DNA of 64,000 nt from Tubiluchus corallicola (GCA_030141605.1 JAQGDQ010000074.1:620001-684000); one strand, 5' to 3'. Shown: positions 37,996 through 51,124, numbered from the stretch's first letter. Notes: generated by a model from the letters alone, not told the origin. Made by a program: numbers and translations.

Positions 37996-40379
37996 TGAAC
38001 TCTAGATCCTGATGTCATTGTAAAGAAGAAGAAGATTGCTCATGGCCAATCAAAACTTTTGGTGTCACGTGCCTCGCGTTCGTGACAACATGTATTAGGC
38101 AATTAAAGCCTTTAATTTCATGGCTATGTTTATTTTTGTTCTATTTCCAGGTCACGCTTGCTCATATGTAATTTTTGTAATCTTTTGTCTGTGTATCACT
38201 CTTGAAATAATGTTTAAATAATCTTCTAAATCATAACTGATTTTTACGTCTATAAAATTTTAATTAATTTCTGTTTTTTCCAACAATTTGTCTGGTATCG
38301 CTATGTAGCTCTAAAATATTTTTTCCGTATTCTGATTTGAGATTATTACCGAATTCTTTTATTTGGCGATTCAGACGTGTTTTATCGATATCATGTACAC
38401 CGTATATGTTTGAAAGCTTGGAAAATTTACACACTTTGTACAAAGCTGTTTCATTTCTCTTCCTGAAACTGGCAACTATATACATTTTTAAATAGTGTAT
38501 TTTTTGGTTTTGCATATGTCATTAATAGATATTAGCAAAGAATTGTTGATACTTTGACTAGGAGTGTGTATGCCTAATTCAGCTTTACTCGTTACATTGG
38601 AAGCACTTAAAACCATACATGCATGTGATACATACATTGGTTACGCTCAATCAGATTAATGGATTACTTCAGTCGCGATTTCGCATTGTTAGTACAAATA
38701 CTCTTTAAATTATAGACTTTTAAAGAGTTATATACATATACATGCACACGCACGCACACACACACACATATACACTTGACTACTACAGCTTTAATGCGGT
38801 GTAATGCACCTACATAGCCATAATATTATACACCGTGCTGAAGAGAAGCTCACATTTTTCAGTAAGATCGTTAGATGACTAAGTAACTTGTTCTTTGCAT
38901 TTTTCTTACTATGCTTGATTTGTATTAATTTTTTATTACAAACCTTATACTTCATTAATTGGTATCATGCATATTTAAAACAAAAATAATTATCATGAAA
39001 TTACTGAAATGTAACTTGATAAACTTTTGCGTACAGGCAGTAAACAAAATGTTCATTTGCACATTTACGTGATTGTAGAAATAGCGGTGCATTTATTTGC
39101 ACAATCCAAATAGTTAATCATGTGTTAAAACTTATGTCACAATAAAAGTTCAAAAGTGCTTGATGAGCAAATAATTTTGCTTATCAAGATAAGCAAACTA
39201 AATATTGTAAATCATATTATTACTATTACCATTTCATGCGAAAGTTGCATTGCGATAAATTCTTCAATTATTCAGTAATACATATGGTTTTGTACATTAT
39301 TCTATTGTGTACATCACTCCAGAATTTTCAATTAACAAAAATACATTTTTTAAATAAACTTAATAACTTTTTGTGAATAAAAATTGCAAATTAGTTAGCT
39401 AAAGGACTTACAGACTAGTGTAAGTAATTACAGGCAAAAGTTCGCTTAGAGTATGAACGTAACAACTGCTTAAGAACAGTTCATAAGCAAGAACAAAGAA
39501 GCATAATTCCCAAAAAAATAACCCATGTAGCTACAATGTACTTGGAATAAAACCACTTAGTCTATATTTTAATCTTTGATCTTTAATGTCAATTGTGCAA
39601 CACACTAGTATGGGTAAAGCTGATAGTAAGTCAATAAACTACATGTATGCATAATGCATTAATCCCTGCACATAACAATACAAGTGACATTTTTACAACC
39701 AATAATGCTAAACCACATAATATTATTATTTCCCTATAATACACATCTGCATTATAATACAATATATCCAACCATATATATGTATGTACGTATTCAAGTT
39801 AAATATAATTATCACAACATGCTGTGTTCAAGTAAAATCTAATGCATGTATGGCCATGTGAGCATGGTTGTAATGATGTCAGTTTTTGTGGGTTGTACTG
39901 ATCTCAATACATGTTTTATTACACAATTATTATATCCTCATGCTGCAAAATATAATAATTATGATCACAAATTTTGTGTTAATAATACAACTTCATAAGC
40001 CAACAACATTAATTTTAAATTAAATACATGCAATAATTGTCTGCATTAATATTTCAAAAACGTATTTCTCAGAACAATTACTGCATACTGTAAGCCACAC
40101 AGATATAATTTTTTTCTTTTGCAATGCAAAAAGTGATGAGCGATATGAAACAGATGTGAAATAATGTAATAACAACTGCTGACACGCTTGAATATGTTTT
40201 CGACAAAAAAGCCCAATTTCAAAACATGTCATTAAAGACAATAATGTTTCAATCAAATGTAGTATTGTTGGTATTCTGCTAGTAGCAAAAATGAGCACAC
40301 TGAAATTACTTTTGCTTCAAGTCTATCAGTGAAAGAAAAGAGCTAGCCCCATGAAGATTAAGACTGTGGACTTCACTAA

Positions 40380-41442
40380 CAGTAGGCGCCGCTTAATAGA
40401 CTTAATAAATTAATTAACTGCTCATGTCATGGCTAATAGGGTCAACCGCTTAATTGACTCAAAATTAAGGGTATGGGCCGCTTCTATTCAAATGTACATA
40501 GAAACTGTCAGTAATCGACTCAAATAACTCTGCATAATTGACTCAATATTTTTGCTTCACATGATTCAATAAGACACTTTCGTGTGACTAATAAGCTTTT
40601 ATGACTTTTATATCATCTTAGTTCGCTTTTGTCCCTTTGTTTGGGTTTTGTGTGTAAGCTAGAACGTTTATCATAGGCTAATATGCTAGCCTAATGGTTT
40701 GCTTTGACCAGCCCATCCACTGCAATTAACCTCGTTACCCAAGAATTCCTGGAAGCTAAACATATAATCACTTGCTTAGCGGTTTACTTTTGAAAAGCCA
40801 AAAAGCGTCTTTGCCAGAAAGTTTAATCAGTTAGTTGCTGCTGTTATGCTATCGACACAGGTGCAGATACAGTAATAAGTGCGTCACAACAGCAAGCGGG
40901 AGTTTAGGCGAAGTTACAGATGAAGCTACTTGCGGAGAAACACGGGCACCACCAACAGTTTAGCACACCAAGCACTAAGTACTTTACCTAAATTTGTGCA
41001 TCATACAACAACAGACTTTCACAATGTTTTTATCATTATCAGAACTTTGTAAGCCAACTTCTTCGCGATAAAATGGAGCAGCGGACTTTGAAGGAATTTT
41101 TGTAATTTTTGCAAATAAATTGACCTGTGTGATTTAGAAAAGTATACTTTTTAATTTATTACTAATTCACTTATATATTAGTCTAATACATTATATATTA
41201 TAGTCTTATATATTAATCTAATAAACTAATATTCTAAAATATTTTTTCTAATTTTTAACTGCACAAGGAATTTAGGCATTACTTTGTTTCTAAAATTCAT
41301 TAGAAACTTTTGCAATGAATAGTAAGCTGATTACTCATACTTCTATACCTGTAATACTACACCCATCGGTTAATAGGTTCAGTCGGTTAATTGGGTCAAA
41401 CCACTTCCGTCCCAAAGTGAGTCTATTAAGCGGCGCCTACTG
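40380..41442. mobile_element. pogo/Tigger-like MITE with perfect 23-bp terminal inverted repeats
   Basis: cagtaggcgccgcttaatagact at 40380-40402 and its exact reverse complement at 41420-41442 followed by TA. Confidence 0.9.
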
Positions 41443-41512
41443 TACTATTAAGTTTAGTATTTTTTGGGCTATTAAACTGGCTAGATGTAATTCTAGTATT
41501 GGGTTAAGTGAG

Positions 41513-44500
41513 TTATAAACGGATATGATCATCAACAATATTGAAAACGCTTCCTATCCTAAGAAAAAATCTCCGCAATATATATCCCATTTCTTGTTTA
41601 ACTTGTTGTCCTACCATTTCACAAAGACTAGGGTAGTAACTGGCAGCATGCTGTTTAAATCTTTCATCTGGCATTTTTAAGGTACCCGAAAGAAAAAGAA
41701 GCAACAAGCTACACCAAGCTTCACGGTGACTTTCTGACTGCAGTGTTAAGAAATAATCCAGTGCATCTTTACACACAGTAATGAGCCGAGTTTGTACTTC
41801 TTGCCAAGCATCACGTCGTCCATCATCCGTATACATTCTGTATAAGATTCGAAGAGCGCAGGCCAAGCTGTTTGTTTCTTGTTTCAACAAATTTGGCTTT
41901 ACCTTGCCCTTAAATCCAGCTTTCCACAGCAGATTTCTCTGCTCTTGATTAGAGTTAAAAGCCTTGGCAAACTTGTGTGATTCCATTAGACAGTCCAGCA
42001 GGCGAAACAGTTGCTTGGAGGTTAGATAGGAGTACATTCCCTGTTCCTCCTGCTGACAATCAGATTGGGCAAAGGGAGTTTCTACCAAGCCAGCTTGAGC
42101 TGCAGCCAAATTTTCAGCATCCTCCTTACGGCTTGTAGCAGGATAAAAAATCACGTTATCGATAGTCTGAATCAACTCAAGCTGTACAACGCATTTAATC
42201 AAAAGTGCAGAAAACAATTTATGATCACTGCCTTGTTTTATCATCCTGCCATGACGAATGAATTCATGTTCCATTGAAATGGCTTCACTGCTCTTCCTAT
42301 CACTAGTCAGTTCTTGGACATTAGTCAAATTTGCTGTAGGTGAGTCTGGCATTTTAATGTATCCATCAGTTTCACCAGGTTTCCAGGTCAGCAAAGCTGC
42401 AGGTAAGGTTTTATTGAATATGTCTAACATAAGGTCACAGGTTTTGTCCCAAGTCGATATGTCAAACTGATAACCTGTCGAAATGACCAAGTTTTCCAAA
42501 CAGTTGGTTCCGGATCGTGCAAGTTGCTCATTGTCTTGCTGAACACACCAAAAAAGCTGAGCATATAAATCATCCAAAAGGACATCATTTAAAATGGAAA
42601 AATATTGTGTGAAAACATCAACTATTGCATAAAGTGCGTGATTGCATGTGGTAGTCATCCATTCAGATTTCTCACTCTGTTGCTCGGGTAATTTCATATT
42701 ATCAAATATGCGAAACAGGACTCTGAAGATATCTCGCCACCAGTGCTCTTTGAATGCTTCACCATAGGTCTTCATGATTTCAAACATGACAGTCAAACCG
42801 CGGGTTCGTACATCAAGACCGCATCTATTGATAACGCAAGACAACTCGAACATAACTGGAAACCAACCTTTTACCCATACTCTGTCATCTTCAGATATGT
42901 GCAAGCCCTCTCCAGTGTGTTCACGAAACATTTGAGGCTTTTCAGCAACATACTTAGCACAGTTGCGAATCAGACGAATAGCTTCCATACTAGTGTCCGG
43001 AAAAGCTGCATTACATGCAAATTCTGACAGACATTTCACTGCATCTTGAAATGAATCAATCATGGCAGCAAAGTATTTTTCAAAGACCGAAGATATTATC
43101 TTTCCCATGGTTTGGAATGCCAGTTCAACAATACTTTCGTCATGATCAGATGCTGCCAAGTGAAATACACTGAAAATATTTTTCCAACCAGACTTTATGT
43201 TGTGAGCTTGAGAATTAACCATTTGCGCAACACATCTTACAACCATATCTCTAATTGTCGGAGACTTGTTCCTTTTCATTATGTGTTCAAAGGGTCGTAA
43301 AAAGTCTTTCTGGAAACGAAAGTTGGCAAATTCTCCTTTCTCTATGAATTTCATTGAAAGTTGACGAAGGGAGTCTACTGCGAAGAAAGCTATATCCTCA
43401 TTCAGATTACACCCTACTTTATTGAAATGGTCACCAAGTATCTGCCAAATTCGTGACCACTGTAATCGAATTCGCCCCATGTTGTAATAAGAGATTTCCA
43501 CAATTTTTTGTAGACTAAACATACGAGGATGTGATGATGATGACAACTCCTCTTCAGAAACATGACACAAAGCTGTGACAAAATAAACTATTGCATCACC
43601 ATCAAGCCTCGTTGAACCAGTAAATATTCTGTCAACTGCAACAACCACGCTTTGGGAACTAGTCTCCCCCATTGATTCTTGAAGACTTGCCATGCGCTTT
43701 TGATCCATTTTAGGTACAGGTACCATCAAGCCATCTTCATTTTGATGGGCTTTATCACTGTGACCATGTTTTGCATTCCCAGAAATAAACCTGGTTCTTG
43801 CACCTGTCCCAATAAGCTGAGCTAGTTCCAGTTGAGAAATACATTTTAATATCTCCAACCAAGACTTTCCCAGATAATTACCATCAGTTTGTGCAACTGC
43901 AATTAGAGTCTTAATTGTATCAATATTTTTTGCTTTCATTTCAGTAATCTGTGAGTTAGCTGTAAGTAAGGTGAATCTAGACAATGCCTGTGTGTATGCA
44001 TCTCTTTCTAGCTCCATTTCAAAGATGCAGGAAATTCTAATTGCACATCTCAGGCCATCTAGACACAGTGAAGCAATCTTCGTGTCATCACAATCTTGTA
44101 AACCTACACTATATGCGGCTAAAAAAGGCGTCCAAGCAACTTTGAACATAGGCCGTACATGAGCAAGATGTGTAGCTGATGTGAAAGGTGATTCCACATG
44201 ACTGACACTTTCCATCAAAGCTTTAGCAGTCAATGCCATCTGCTCCATTTCCATATTGTAGATTAACTTGCGCTGCTTTTCACTGGACACATTATGTGTT
44301 CCTTTCCTGGATGGTTTACTGCCAGTTGGTTTCATTGTTATTTCTGCTCCTGCAATCTCGTCATAAATTTGCGACAGGTATTCCTCTGGGAGGTCCTTGC
44401 TATCATTAATTCCTCTGTTCATCTTAATATATTGCTCCTTGGTCATTTTGTGCTTAACTTGTGGGCTCCACAAATCAGTTGCTAGCATTATAATCGAATA

Positions 44501-46771
44501 TGCCAACACATAAGCAGTGTCTGCACTGGCAAATATGCCCATAGTAGAGTTAGATTCACAGTATCTAGCGGCAAACTTCTCCATGAATCTATCTATTTTC
44601 TGGGCCTCACCTGGAAGTCGAAAACCCTCCAAGAATGTTCGAAGTGCAGAAACAAAATCCTTTCCTGTAAAATTCATTTGGTCCACGTAGCAATACATTA
44701 CTTCTTTATTTAACTTTTCATTCTCACCCATGTAATCTCCTACGACAGTTTTATCAAGCCTTTCTTCACTGTGAAAAAAAGCTGCTATGTCATCAGGAGA
44801 GGTACCAATTACTTCTTGCTTCATCAAAAAATCAACCCCCTTTTTGGGATGCTTATTGAACATATCTATGCCTTGTTCAAGAATTCCTTTCTGTTGTTTA
44901 ATCGTTTCAAATTGTTCGGGGTTGTCAAGAACAGCGTTCAAATTAGCATTTGATCCTCCTGCATTTTGAGAGCTCAAGGAATTACTGCTACTTGTGCCTG
45001 ATATACTTTTTGACTGATCTATATCCTTGTGATCAGCAATGTCTCTACGTCCTTCCTGACCAAGGTAAGTTTGAGAACTAGGATTGACATACAGATCTTT
45101 GGACCACTCAACCATGCACTTCAGTATGGACACTAAACATTCTAATGATTTAACACGCATTGCTTTTTCTTGGTTAGGTGTTGCACCTAATTCTACACCA
45201 CGGGCAATTTTTGAGAGATCGTTTACCAAGCGCTCAAAAATATTAGCAAGCGCCATATCACAGTCATAGTTAATGTAAATGTCCACTACACTCTGTGCAT
45301 CTGCACAAATTCTTGTTAGTGCCTGGATAACCATCCACTTGTGCTGGAAAGAGCTGCTGGAGGTCTCCAAAATGCTTAGGAAAATCTCTTTAAAGAAAAC
45401 CTCAATTTGCATTTTTAGGTGGGCTTTAAAACTATATAAAAGTGTCACAAAAATGGCAAGAGAAAGCTCAAATATTTCTGGAACAGAGGAGACACCATTC
45501 TTTGATAGCGCAACACAAAGATACTGCTTAATGGCATTAATAAACATTTCATTTTGCTGAAATACCGGACCTGCATTCTGCAGAATAGAGAGAAGCAGTT
45601 GCAAAGAAAGTATCTTTGATCGCAACTCATGAGATTTATGGTCTACTGGGCCTTCTGGCAATGGCTTCATACTAAGCTTGCACAAAGAACGAAAAACAAG
45701 AAATGCATCCTTTTGCAGAATGTGTGAAAAGTTTGCATGAATTTGTTCATGCATATCGCTACCATCGACAGAAACAGTGTCTTCTGATCCTAAGGCTGAA
45801 ACATAGTCTGGTGTCCCTAGCTTGGTGGCACTGGAGTTAGGAGAAACATTCGAGTTCTCTTCAACATGCATGCCAAGCTGATTTGGAACTATCAGATCGA
45901 TAGAACTTGATGCTGATTCTACAGCATTAACTACCAAATCCTGTATAATTGTTCCCACAATATTTTCCACAGTCTCGTCTTTAAACTCTTCTTTTGAAGT
46001 CATTTTAACAGAAGCATAATTTTTATCACCTATGACTTCATCTTCTTGGGCTAAAATCCCATTACTCAATTGTGCTTGGACAGGCTCATCAATAACTTGC
46101 TTCTGTTTTTCTTCACTTTCCAGCTTTTCCTTCACATCTGCTACAGCCTGATTCTCCATCCGTGCAAAGATGACATTGAGCATCTGTGTGAGAGTTGCTT
46201 TCGCAGTAGTTTGGTTAATAAGATTTTTACTAGCAAGATAAATGTTATAACATGTACGAACTGCTTGCAATATGGAGCCCTCGTGTATTTCACAGTTAGT
46301 AGAAGTAACAGCTGTCAAAAGCGCCTTGATGATTTGAAGCTGTACGCCCTCATCAGTCTGTGTTCCATGAAAGCAACTACATATTGTCTCAACAATCCTA
46401 TCAATAAGAAGTTGTTCAGGATTCAGGCTGTCTGGTGAACTGCCAACCAAATGCCCATATGCTATTAGTTTTTGTAGACAGTCAAGAGCTGTAACTACTA
46501 TCCGAGGGCATTTTGAACGACAAGCAAGCTCAAACGGCAAAAAGTATTTGTCAGCTGCAACAAATGTAGTGTTGCTTCCCTTAGGCATGGGCAAGTAATC
46601 AGAAGAGTTGACTGAACCATCAACCCGAATTTCTCGTTTGATCTCCTCCAAAGCATCTTCACAAGCCTTCTTTAGTTGAGAATGGTAAGACCGCTTTATC
46701 TCCTTGTCTGCCAGTATCTTTTCCAAGGCTCTTGTGATAAACATGTCTTTGGTTCTCCGGGTTTCCTTCAT
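41513..46771 (-). CDS. ARFGEF1/2: Brefeldin A-inhibited Arf guanine nucleotide exchange factor BIG/Sec71, 1752 aa, single coding exon
   Basis: Uninterrupted ORF; DCB N-terminus ([23 protein letters not shown]), HUS box (YINYDCD), Sec7 domain with [18 protein letters not shown] repeats and conserved C-terminus. First ATG at 46771 lies 2 nt after a cttctttgtttag acceptor with a CTAAT branch motif; the TTG start in the ORF track is intronic. Confidence 0.97.
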   Translation of the reverse strand: MKETRRTKDMFITRALEKILADKEIKRSYHSQLKKACEDALEEIKREIRVDGSVNSSDYLPMPKGSNTTFVAADKYFLPFELACRSKCPRIVVTALDCLQKLIAYGHLVGSSPDSLNPEQLLIDRIVETICSCFHGTQTDEGVQLQIIKALLTAVTSTNCEIHEGSILQAVRTCYNIYLASKNLINQTTAKATLTQMLNVIFARMENQAVADVKEKLESEEKQKQVIDEPVQAQLSNGILAQEDEVIGDKNYASVKMTSKEEFKDETVENIVGTIIQDLVVNAVESASSSIDLIVPNQLGMHVEENSNVSPNSSATKLGTPDYVSALGSEDTVSVDGSDMHEQIHANFSHILQKDAFLVFRSLCKLSMKPLPEGPVDHKSHELRSKILSLQLLLSILQNAGPVFQQNEMFINAIKQYLCVALSKNGVSSVPEIFELSLAIFVTLLYSFKAHLKMQIEVFFKEIFLSILETSSSSFQHKWMVIQALTRICADAQSVVDIYINYDCDMALANIFERLVNDLSKIARGVELGATPNQEKAMRVKSLECLVSILKCMVEWSKDLYVNPSSQTYLGQEGRRDIADHKDIDQSKSISGTSSSNSLSSQNAGGSNANLNAVLDNPEQFETIKQQKGILEQGIDMFNKHPKKGVDFLMKQEVIGTSPDDIAAFFHSEERLDKTVVGDYMGENEKLNKEVMYCYVDQMNFTGKDFVSALRTFLEGFRLPGEAQKIDRFMEKFAARYCESNSTMGIFASADTAYVLAYSIIMLATDLWSPQVKHKMTKEQYIKMNRGINDSKDLPEEYLSQIYDEIAGAEITMKPTGSKPSRKGTHNVSSEKQRKLIYNMEMEQMALTAKALMESVSHVESPFTSATHLAHVRPMFKVAWTPFLAAYSVGLQDCDDTKIASLCLDGLRCAIRISCIFEMELERDAYTQALSRFTLLTANSQITEMKAKNIDTIKTLIAVAQTDGNYLGKSWLEILKCISQLELAQLIGTGARTRFISGNAKHGHSDKAHQNEDGLMVPVPKMDQKRMASLQESMGETSSQSVVVAVDRIFTGSTRLDGDAIVYFVTALCHVSEEELSSSSHPRMFSLQKIVEISYYNMGRIRLQWSRIWQILGDHFNKVGCNLNEDIAFFAVDSLRQLSMKFIEKGEFANFRFQKDFLRPFEHIMKRNKSPTIRDMVVRCVAQMVNSQAHNIKSGWKNIFSVFHLAASDHDESIVELAFQTMGKIISSVFEKYFAAMIDSFQDAVKCLSEFACNAAFPDTSMEAIRLIRNCAKYVAEKPQMFREHTGEGLHISEDDRVWVKGWFPVMFELSCVINRCGLDVRTRGLTVMFEIMKTYGEAFKEHWWRDIFRVLFRIFDNMKLPEQQSEKSEWMTTTCNHALYAIVDVFTQYFSILNDVLLDDLYAQLFWCVQQDNEQLARSGTNCLENLVISTGYQFDISTWDKTCDLMLDIFNKTLPAALLTWKPGETDGYIKMPDSPTANLTNVQELTSDRKSSEAISMEHEFIRHGRMIKQGSDHKLFSALLIKCVVQLELIQTIDNVIFYPATSRKEDAENLAAAQAGLVETPFAQSDCQQEEQGMYSYLTSKQLFRLLDCLMESHKFAKAFNSNQEQRNLLWKAGFKGKVKPNLLKQETNSLACALRILYRMYTDDGRRDAWQEVQTRLITVCKDALDYFLTLQSESHREAWCSLLLLFLSGTLKMPDERFKQHAASYYPSLCEMVGQQVKQEMGYILRRFFLRIGSVFNIVDDHIRL

Positions 46772-46929
46772 CCCTAAACAAAGAAGTGCCAAAAATTAGA
46801 AATGGGATTATTTGAAAAGAAACCGGCATAAACCAAATTAATTCAAAAGAAATAAATACACGAGAAAAAATTTCAAATTATGGATTCTATTCAAATGGTA
46901 ACATAAAAAATTACATCAAATAGATTTTG

Positions 46930-46935
46930 TTTATT
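46930..46935 (-). promoter_or_regulatory. AATAAA polyadenylation signal of gene X, followed by U-rich sequence and the BIG acceptor
   Basis: tttatt on the plus strand, about 140 nt after the gene X stop codon. Confidence 0.55.
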
Positions 46936-47076
46936 CAGCTTGCAAGGTACAACGCTAAAAAATTCGAGTGCCTTGTGAGTCTGATCAATAACTAGATCTT
47001 CCTGGTGTTGATTTGAGTCCTACGAGTCTAACCCATAGCTACATCTTCATCACGTTTCCACTGAACTTAAACAGAC

Positions 47077-48914
47077 TTAGGCCACATTTCCACTGCTTTC
47101 GCACAGACTTCTGTACGCATATTCTACATCCGCAAAAGCTGCTTTCATTGAGACAGTACTTGCTCTTTCGCGTTCCATACAAAATTTCATAAATGTGGCA
47201 AAGTTTGGGACTTTCCAAGAAAAATAACAATTTTATTTAGCTTTGTTGGTTAAAAAATGGGCAAATAGGCAATACTGCAAGCGATAACATTGTCTTTGGG
47301 TCCAAAAAGTGTGAATACCTAGACGAATATTATCACACTGATTAGAAATATTATATTCTCACAACAAAAAAAACCAGCTTTTATATCAATATTTCGTCGC
47401 TTCATCATAACTGTAGAACTGGTAATGCAATGAAATTAATTTTCACAGAGAAATATTATTTTAGGAGCAATGTGCAAAATTCAGACATTTTATGAAATTC
47501 ATAGGGATTTCATATAACATATGTATTTCAGGAACAGTGCAAAATAGACAATTTTCTTGTGGCACTTTCATCTTTACTTAGGCGTTTTGTATAATAACTA
47601 GAATCAGATAATGTCGGAAAAGGACCGGTTGTTCAGAAATCTAAGTCTAAGAATAGTCAAACAGGACCTAGCACAAAAGAGGTGATGTATAACTTCACCA
47701 CAACAGCATTTTTTTATTTCCAGAATCACAATGTTTTGGCAGCTTCTTCCGGCACTTTCAAGTGCCGGAAAAACTTTAAAAGGACTATCTGGTGATTTTA
47801 ATAGTCCAGATATTTAAAACCCCCAGAATTTTTGACTGGCGTTGCCTACCTTTGAGGGCAGATTTCCTTTATTTTAGAGCTGTACCTAACAGTTCACTAA
47901 AACAGATGTAATGAGCATATGATGAGTTTTCATTATTGCAGAATTACTGTCAACTGTGTTGCTCAGGCAGGCAATTGTGTAATATTTCTTCGTGAAAATC
48001 ACTACTGTCTTATCAATCTGCCATAATTTGATTTAAAGCTGCATAGATTCGAATAAGACACGGTTTAAAAAAACACCTAAAAAATCAGCATTCAGGTTTG
48101 ATTTCATTTCAAAAATTATTTTAAACTGTGATTAGGATTTAATCCAGATTCGAAAATTATTATAAAATGAGATTCCTATATGATTCGGATTCAGTAATTT
48201 CAGATTCGCGACATCCTTACGGGGACTATATCGAATTTTATGACAATAACACAGCAACGCATTCAATAGTTTACTATAAATTTTAAAAAAATGCCTTGAA
48301 TAAGGAATCACAAAAACCAACCAAAATTAATAGACACTAAATAAAAGCAGTACCAGAATTTCATTATATTTTGCCAGAATCAAATCTAAGCAGATTCTCG
48401 CTGTGACATTTCACAAGAATTCAGAGAATCAATGTCTAAATTGCACAGTTCAAGTACAATGAATTATAATAAGTGAAACAGTGAAAAGTGAATTTCAACT
48501 AAAGTGATTTATTACAAGAATTAATCACTGTCAATTTCAATTAAAGTGATTTATTACAAGAATTAATCACTGTCAGTGCTAACTTATTTTCCAGAATGTT
48601 ACCTAACATTTTCTGATTTAGACTAAGCCATTGCTGGGCGGGGGGGGGGGGTCTAAACCTGGTTGCAGAAGATTTACCTGTTTTGTACATTTGTGTAGTC
48701 AATTTTATTTTTCCAATTAGACGTGTAGACGTCAAGCATACAATACCATCTTCATTTGTAAACTGACAAATGTTACTCAATCTTATATTCTGTGAACCAG
48801 CTTTATAATCAGTTATCCTGTTTAACAATTACTGTCTATAACAATTACTTCTAACCAAGCTAACCTGAAATCTGCAGCCGCACACCGTCTCTTGGTAGAC
48901 AGCGACTCTGACAT
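47077..48914 (-). CDS. Unidentified small protein (gene X), 107 aa; exons 48914-48865, 48817-48678, 47210-47077
   Basis: GCCACTATG start context; GT-AG introns of 47 and 1467 nt with matching phases (2,1); MSESLSTKRRCAAADFRITDYKAGSQNIRLSNICQFTNEDGIVCLTSTRLIGKIKLTTQMYKTVPNFATFMKFCMERERASTVSMKAAFADVEYAYRSLCESSGNVA. The N-terminus may extend further upstream. Confidence 0.6.
48491..48574. repeat. 42-bp direct tandem duplication
   Basis: aatttcaa(c/t)taaagtgatttattacaagaattaatcactgtc twice. Confidence 0.9.
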
Positions 48915-51063
48915 AGTGGCAAAAGTACAGCAGCTAGTGTTTGCACAACTTATCCAGGCCTGGTATTTATTATCCTGCAACTACCTGGGTGGCAGAAACC
49001 ACACATTAAAAGAATGTGGGTAAAGCGCACCCTAGTTTAACCTGCTACAACCATGTACTGTTGCTGTGCTATACTGATGACTCACAATGATTCATTTGTC
49101 CGTGTTTCCCAATTACTGCAGAGCAGACAGCATACATGTGCGAGCACTTATCCACATGTAGTTTATTAAGTAACAATTTTTGTTATTTTCACGCAGACTT
49201 TACTGCATAAATGCGAAGAGTGTTAATGTTTTGCTGCTTATCTGGGCTTAGTGCATACAAAATTTTTTTCTTTGTGTGACAGCAAAATTTTTATGTGCGC
49301 GCACGCTAAAAGGGAGCAATGCTCTAAGCCATCTAGAATTTTGTTAATTTTTCCTTCTGTCAAGTGAACAACAATCATTATTTCCTTCATCAAGAAATGT
49401 GTCACAAACATTTGAAACAAGAATTGCTCTACATTTATGCAAAATGTGAAAAATTTTACTATTAAGTTGACAAATGGGCTGTTTCCAAACTTTACACTGT
49501 CTGCCTCGAGTGTGCACTTTTGCTGGCTTAACAAAGAGCATAGAACCCTATGATTTTTATGTTCAACTCTGAATGAAAAGTGCAGTGCATCATAGACACT
49601 TGGGAAGCAACTTTATAAATAAAGTAGCAAGAGTAATACGGCAATGTATGCTGTACGTGCTAGTACATGGCAAAGAGCGAAAAAAACAGATTAGCTCTAG
49701 TATTTCTTTATTTTTTTAACTTTCAGTTAGATTCACGGTAATGAGCATTGGTGCAAAAGTTTAGGCAAATGGATTCAGAGATTTGGAAATTATAGCAAAA
49801 ACTACTTTCATTAATGACCTGGAAAGCTGTTTCAAACCACAGCTGCACTGTGAAATTTCTGTGGTTGTATCTAGAATCACTTATTTTAGGGGAAAAGTCA
49901 AATTCTGCGGGGTGTATGATTTATATTCCTCACTTATTATGAAAATTTACTTTTTCATCTGCAGGAAAAACGTTTAGCAATTAAAGTGGCAATCAGAGTG
50001 TGTAAATGGCAATTCATGCAAATGCAATGGAAATGACAAACACGAACAACAATGGTTTGCAGAATCATGCTACTGAGTGAATTTTTTCCATGCAAGCCAT
50101 TGAGAAAATGTCCGTGTCTGTATGGGTCTGTGCATACGCAATTGAAGCACGGCTTTAAACTGTAACTGTCACATTACTCAACTAGCAAAATGTTCATTCA
50201 GTCACATCAGGCATCGTACTAAACTTGATCGAAGGTAATATAGTCTAATAAAACTATTAATTAAAGTCTAAAGTAAAGACTAATAACTTGATCTACATCG
50301 TATGGTTAGTATGGAAACGAAAACAAGCAGGTTTTCTTATTTTTGCCAAGTATTGCTAGCATGATTCGTGCCGCGTAAAAGAGTTAAAACAGGCACATAT
50401 GCAATCAATCTATCTAAACCAGAGCACAACCATGTCAGTCCGGTACGCCTAAGTAACAGAAGTATCACAGCTCAAGGTATGGACAAAAATGCCAAGAGTA
50501 GCATTACCGTGTCACATGTCGTTATAGAAATCTTGCATTCAACAGTTCAGTGTTTTGTCTGTCTTCATAATATCATCTCTCAAAATAATTGCAAAAAAAT
50601 TATATTGATGACGTTCACTACTCCAACAAACTACCATCAAAGATTTATCATCGACATCTTCCTGGCACAATTAACCTATAATAATTTCGTGAACTCGATT
50701 CCCAGATAAGCGCACCGTAACGACCAAGCTACAAGACGCTGCTATCATGGCCACAGTGAAGAGATATCCTGACCACGGTACTGCATTACAGCAATGCTGT
50801 GCTTGTGGTTTTTCCAGCCACGCACAATCGCACACCTGGCAGATTAAAAGCAGAACACGTTATCAAAATTAGTTGCGATTAAATTTGTCTGAACAAGGAA
50901 GCCATGACTAACCTAACTTGAACAATTTTCTGTTAACAATAAGAACTTAGTAATAATTATAATTGTATCCAGTTACTCCAGTATTAGTAGCTCAGTAGAC
51001 GTCAGGTCTAATGCCCTGATGAGTGCTAATATTCATAATCATAATCAATTTATTTCACTCCAG

Positions 51064-51066
<3 letters not shown>

Positions 51067-51124
<58 letters not shown>
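51067..51124. repeat. (TA)29 microsatellite, part of the left direct repeat flanking the RTE element
   Basis: Direct count; partner (TA)14 at 55558-55585. Confidence 0.95.

Noticed and set aside
42065-46438. Many plus-strand ORFs of 60-122 aa
   Set aside because: Antisense shadows of the BIG coding exon.
46772-46792. TTG start (MALLCLG) given by the ORF track for BIG
   Set aside because: This is the polypyrimidine tract and acceptor; eukaryotic initiation is expected at ATG 46771.
48678-50661. Idea that in-frame stops in the gene X upstream exons are all recoded to Trp or Sec
   Set aside because: The stops are explained as off-frame readings of other open frames; no consistent frame or SECIS element is evident.
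50980-51032. CTGATGAG within a hairpin, resembling a hammerhead ribozyme
   Set aside because: The required GAAA core strand is absent (AGTAGAC instead); it is a plain hairpin.
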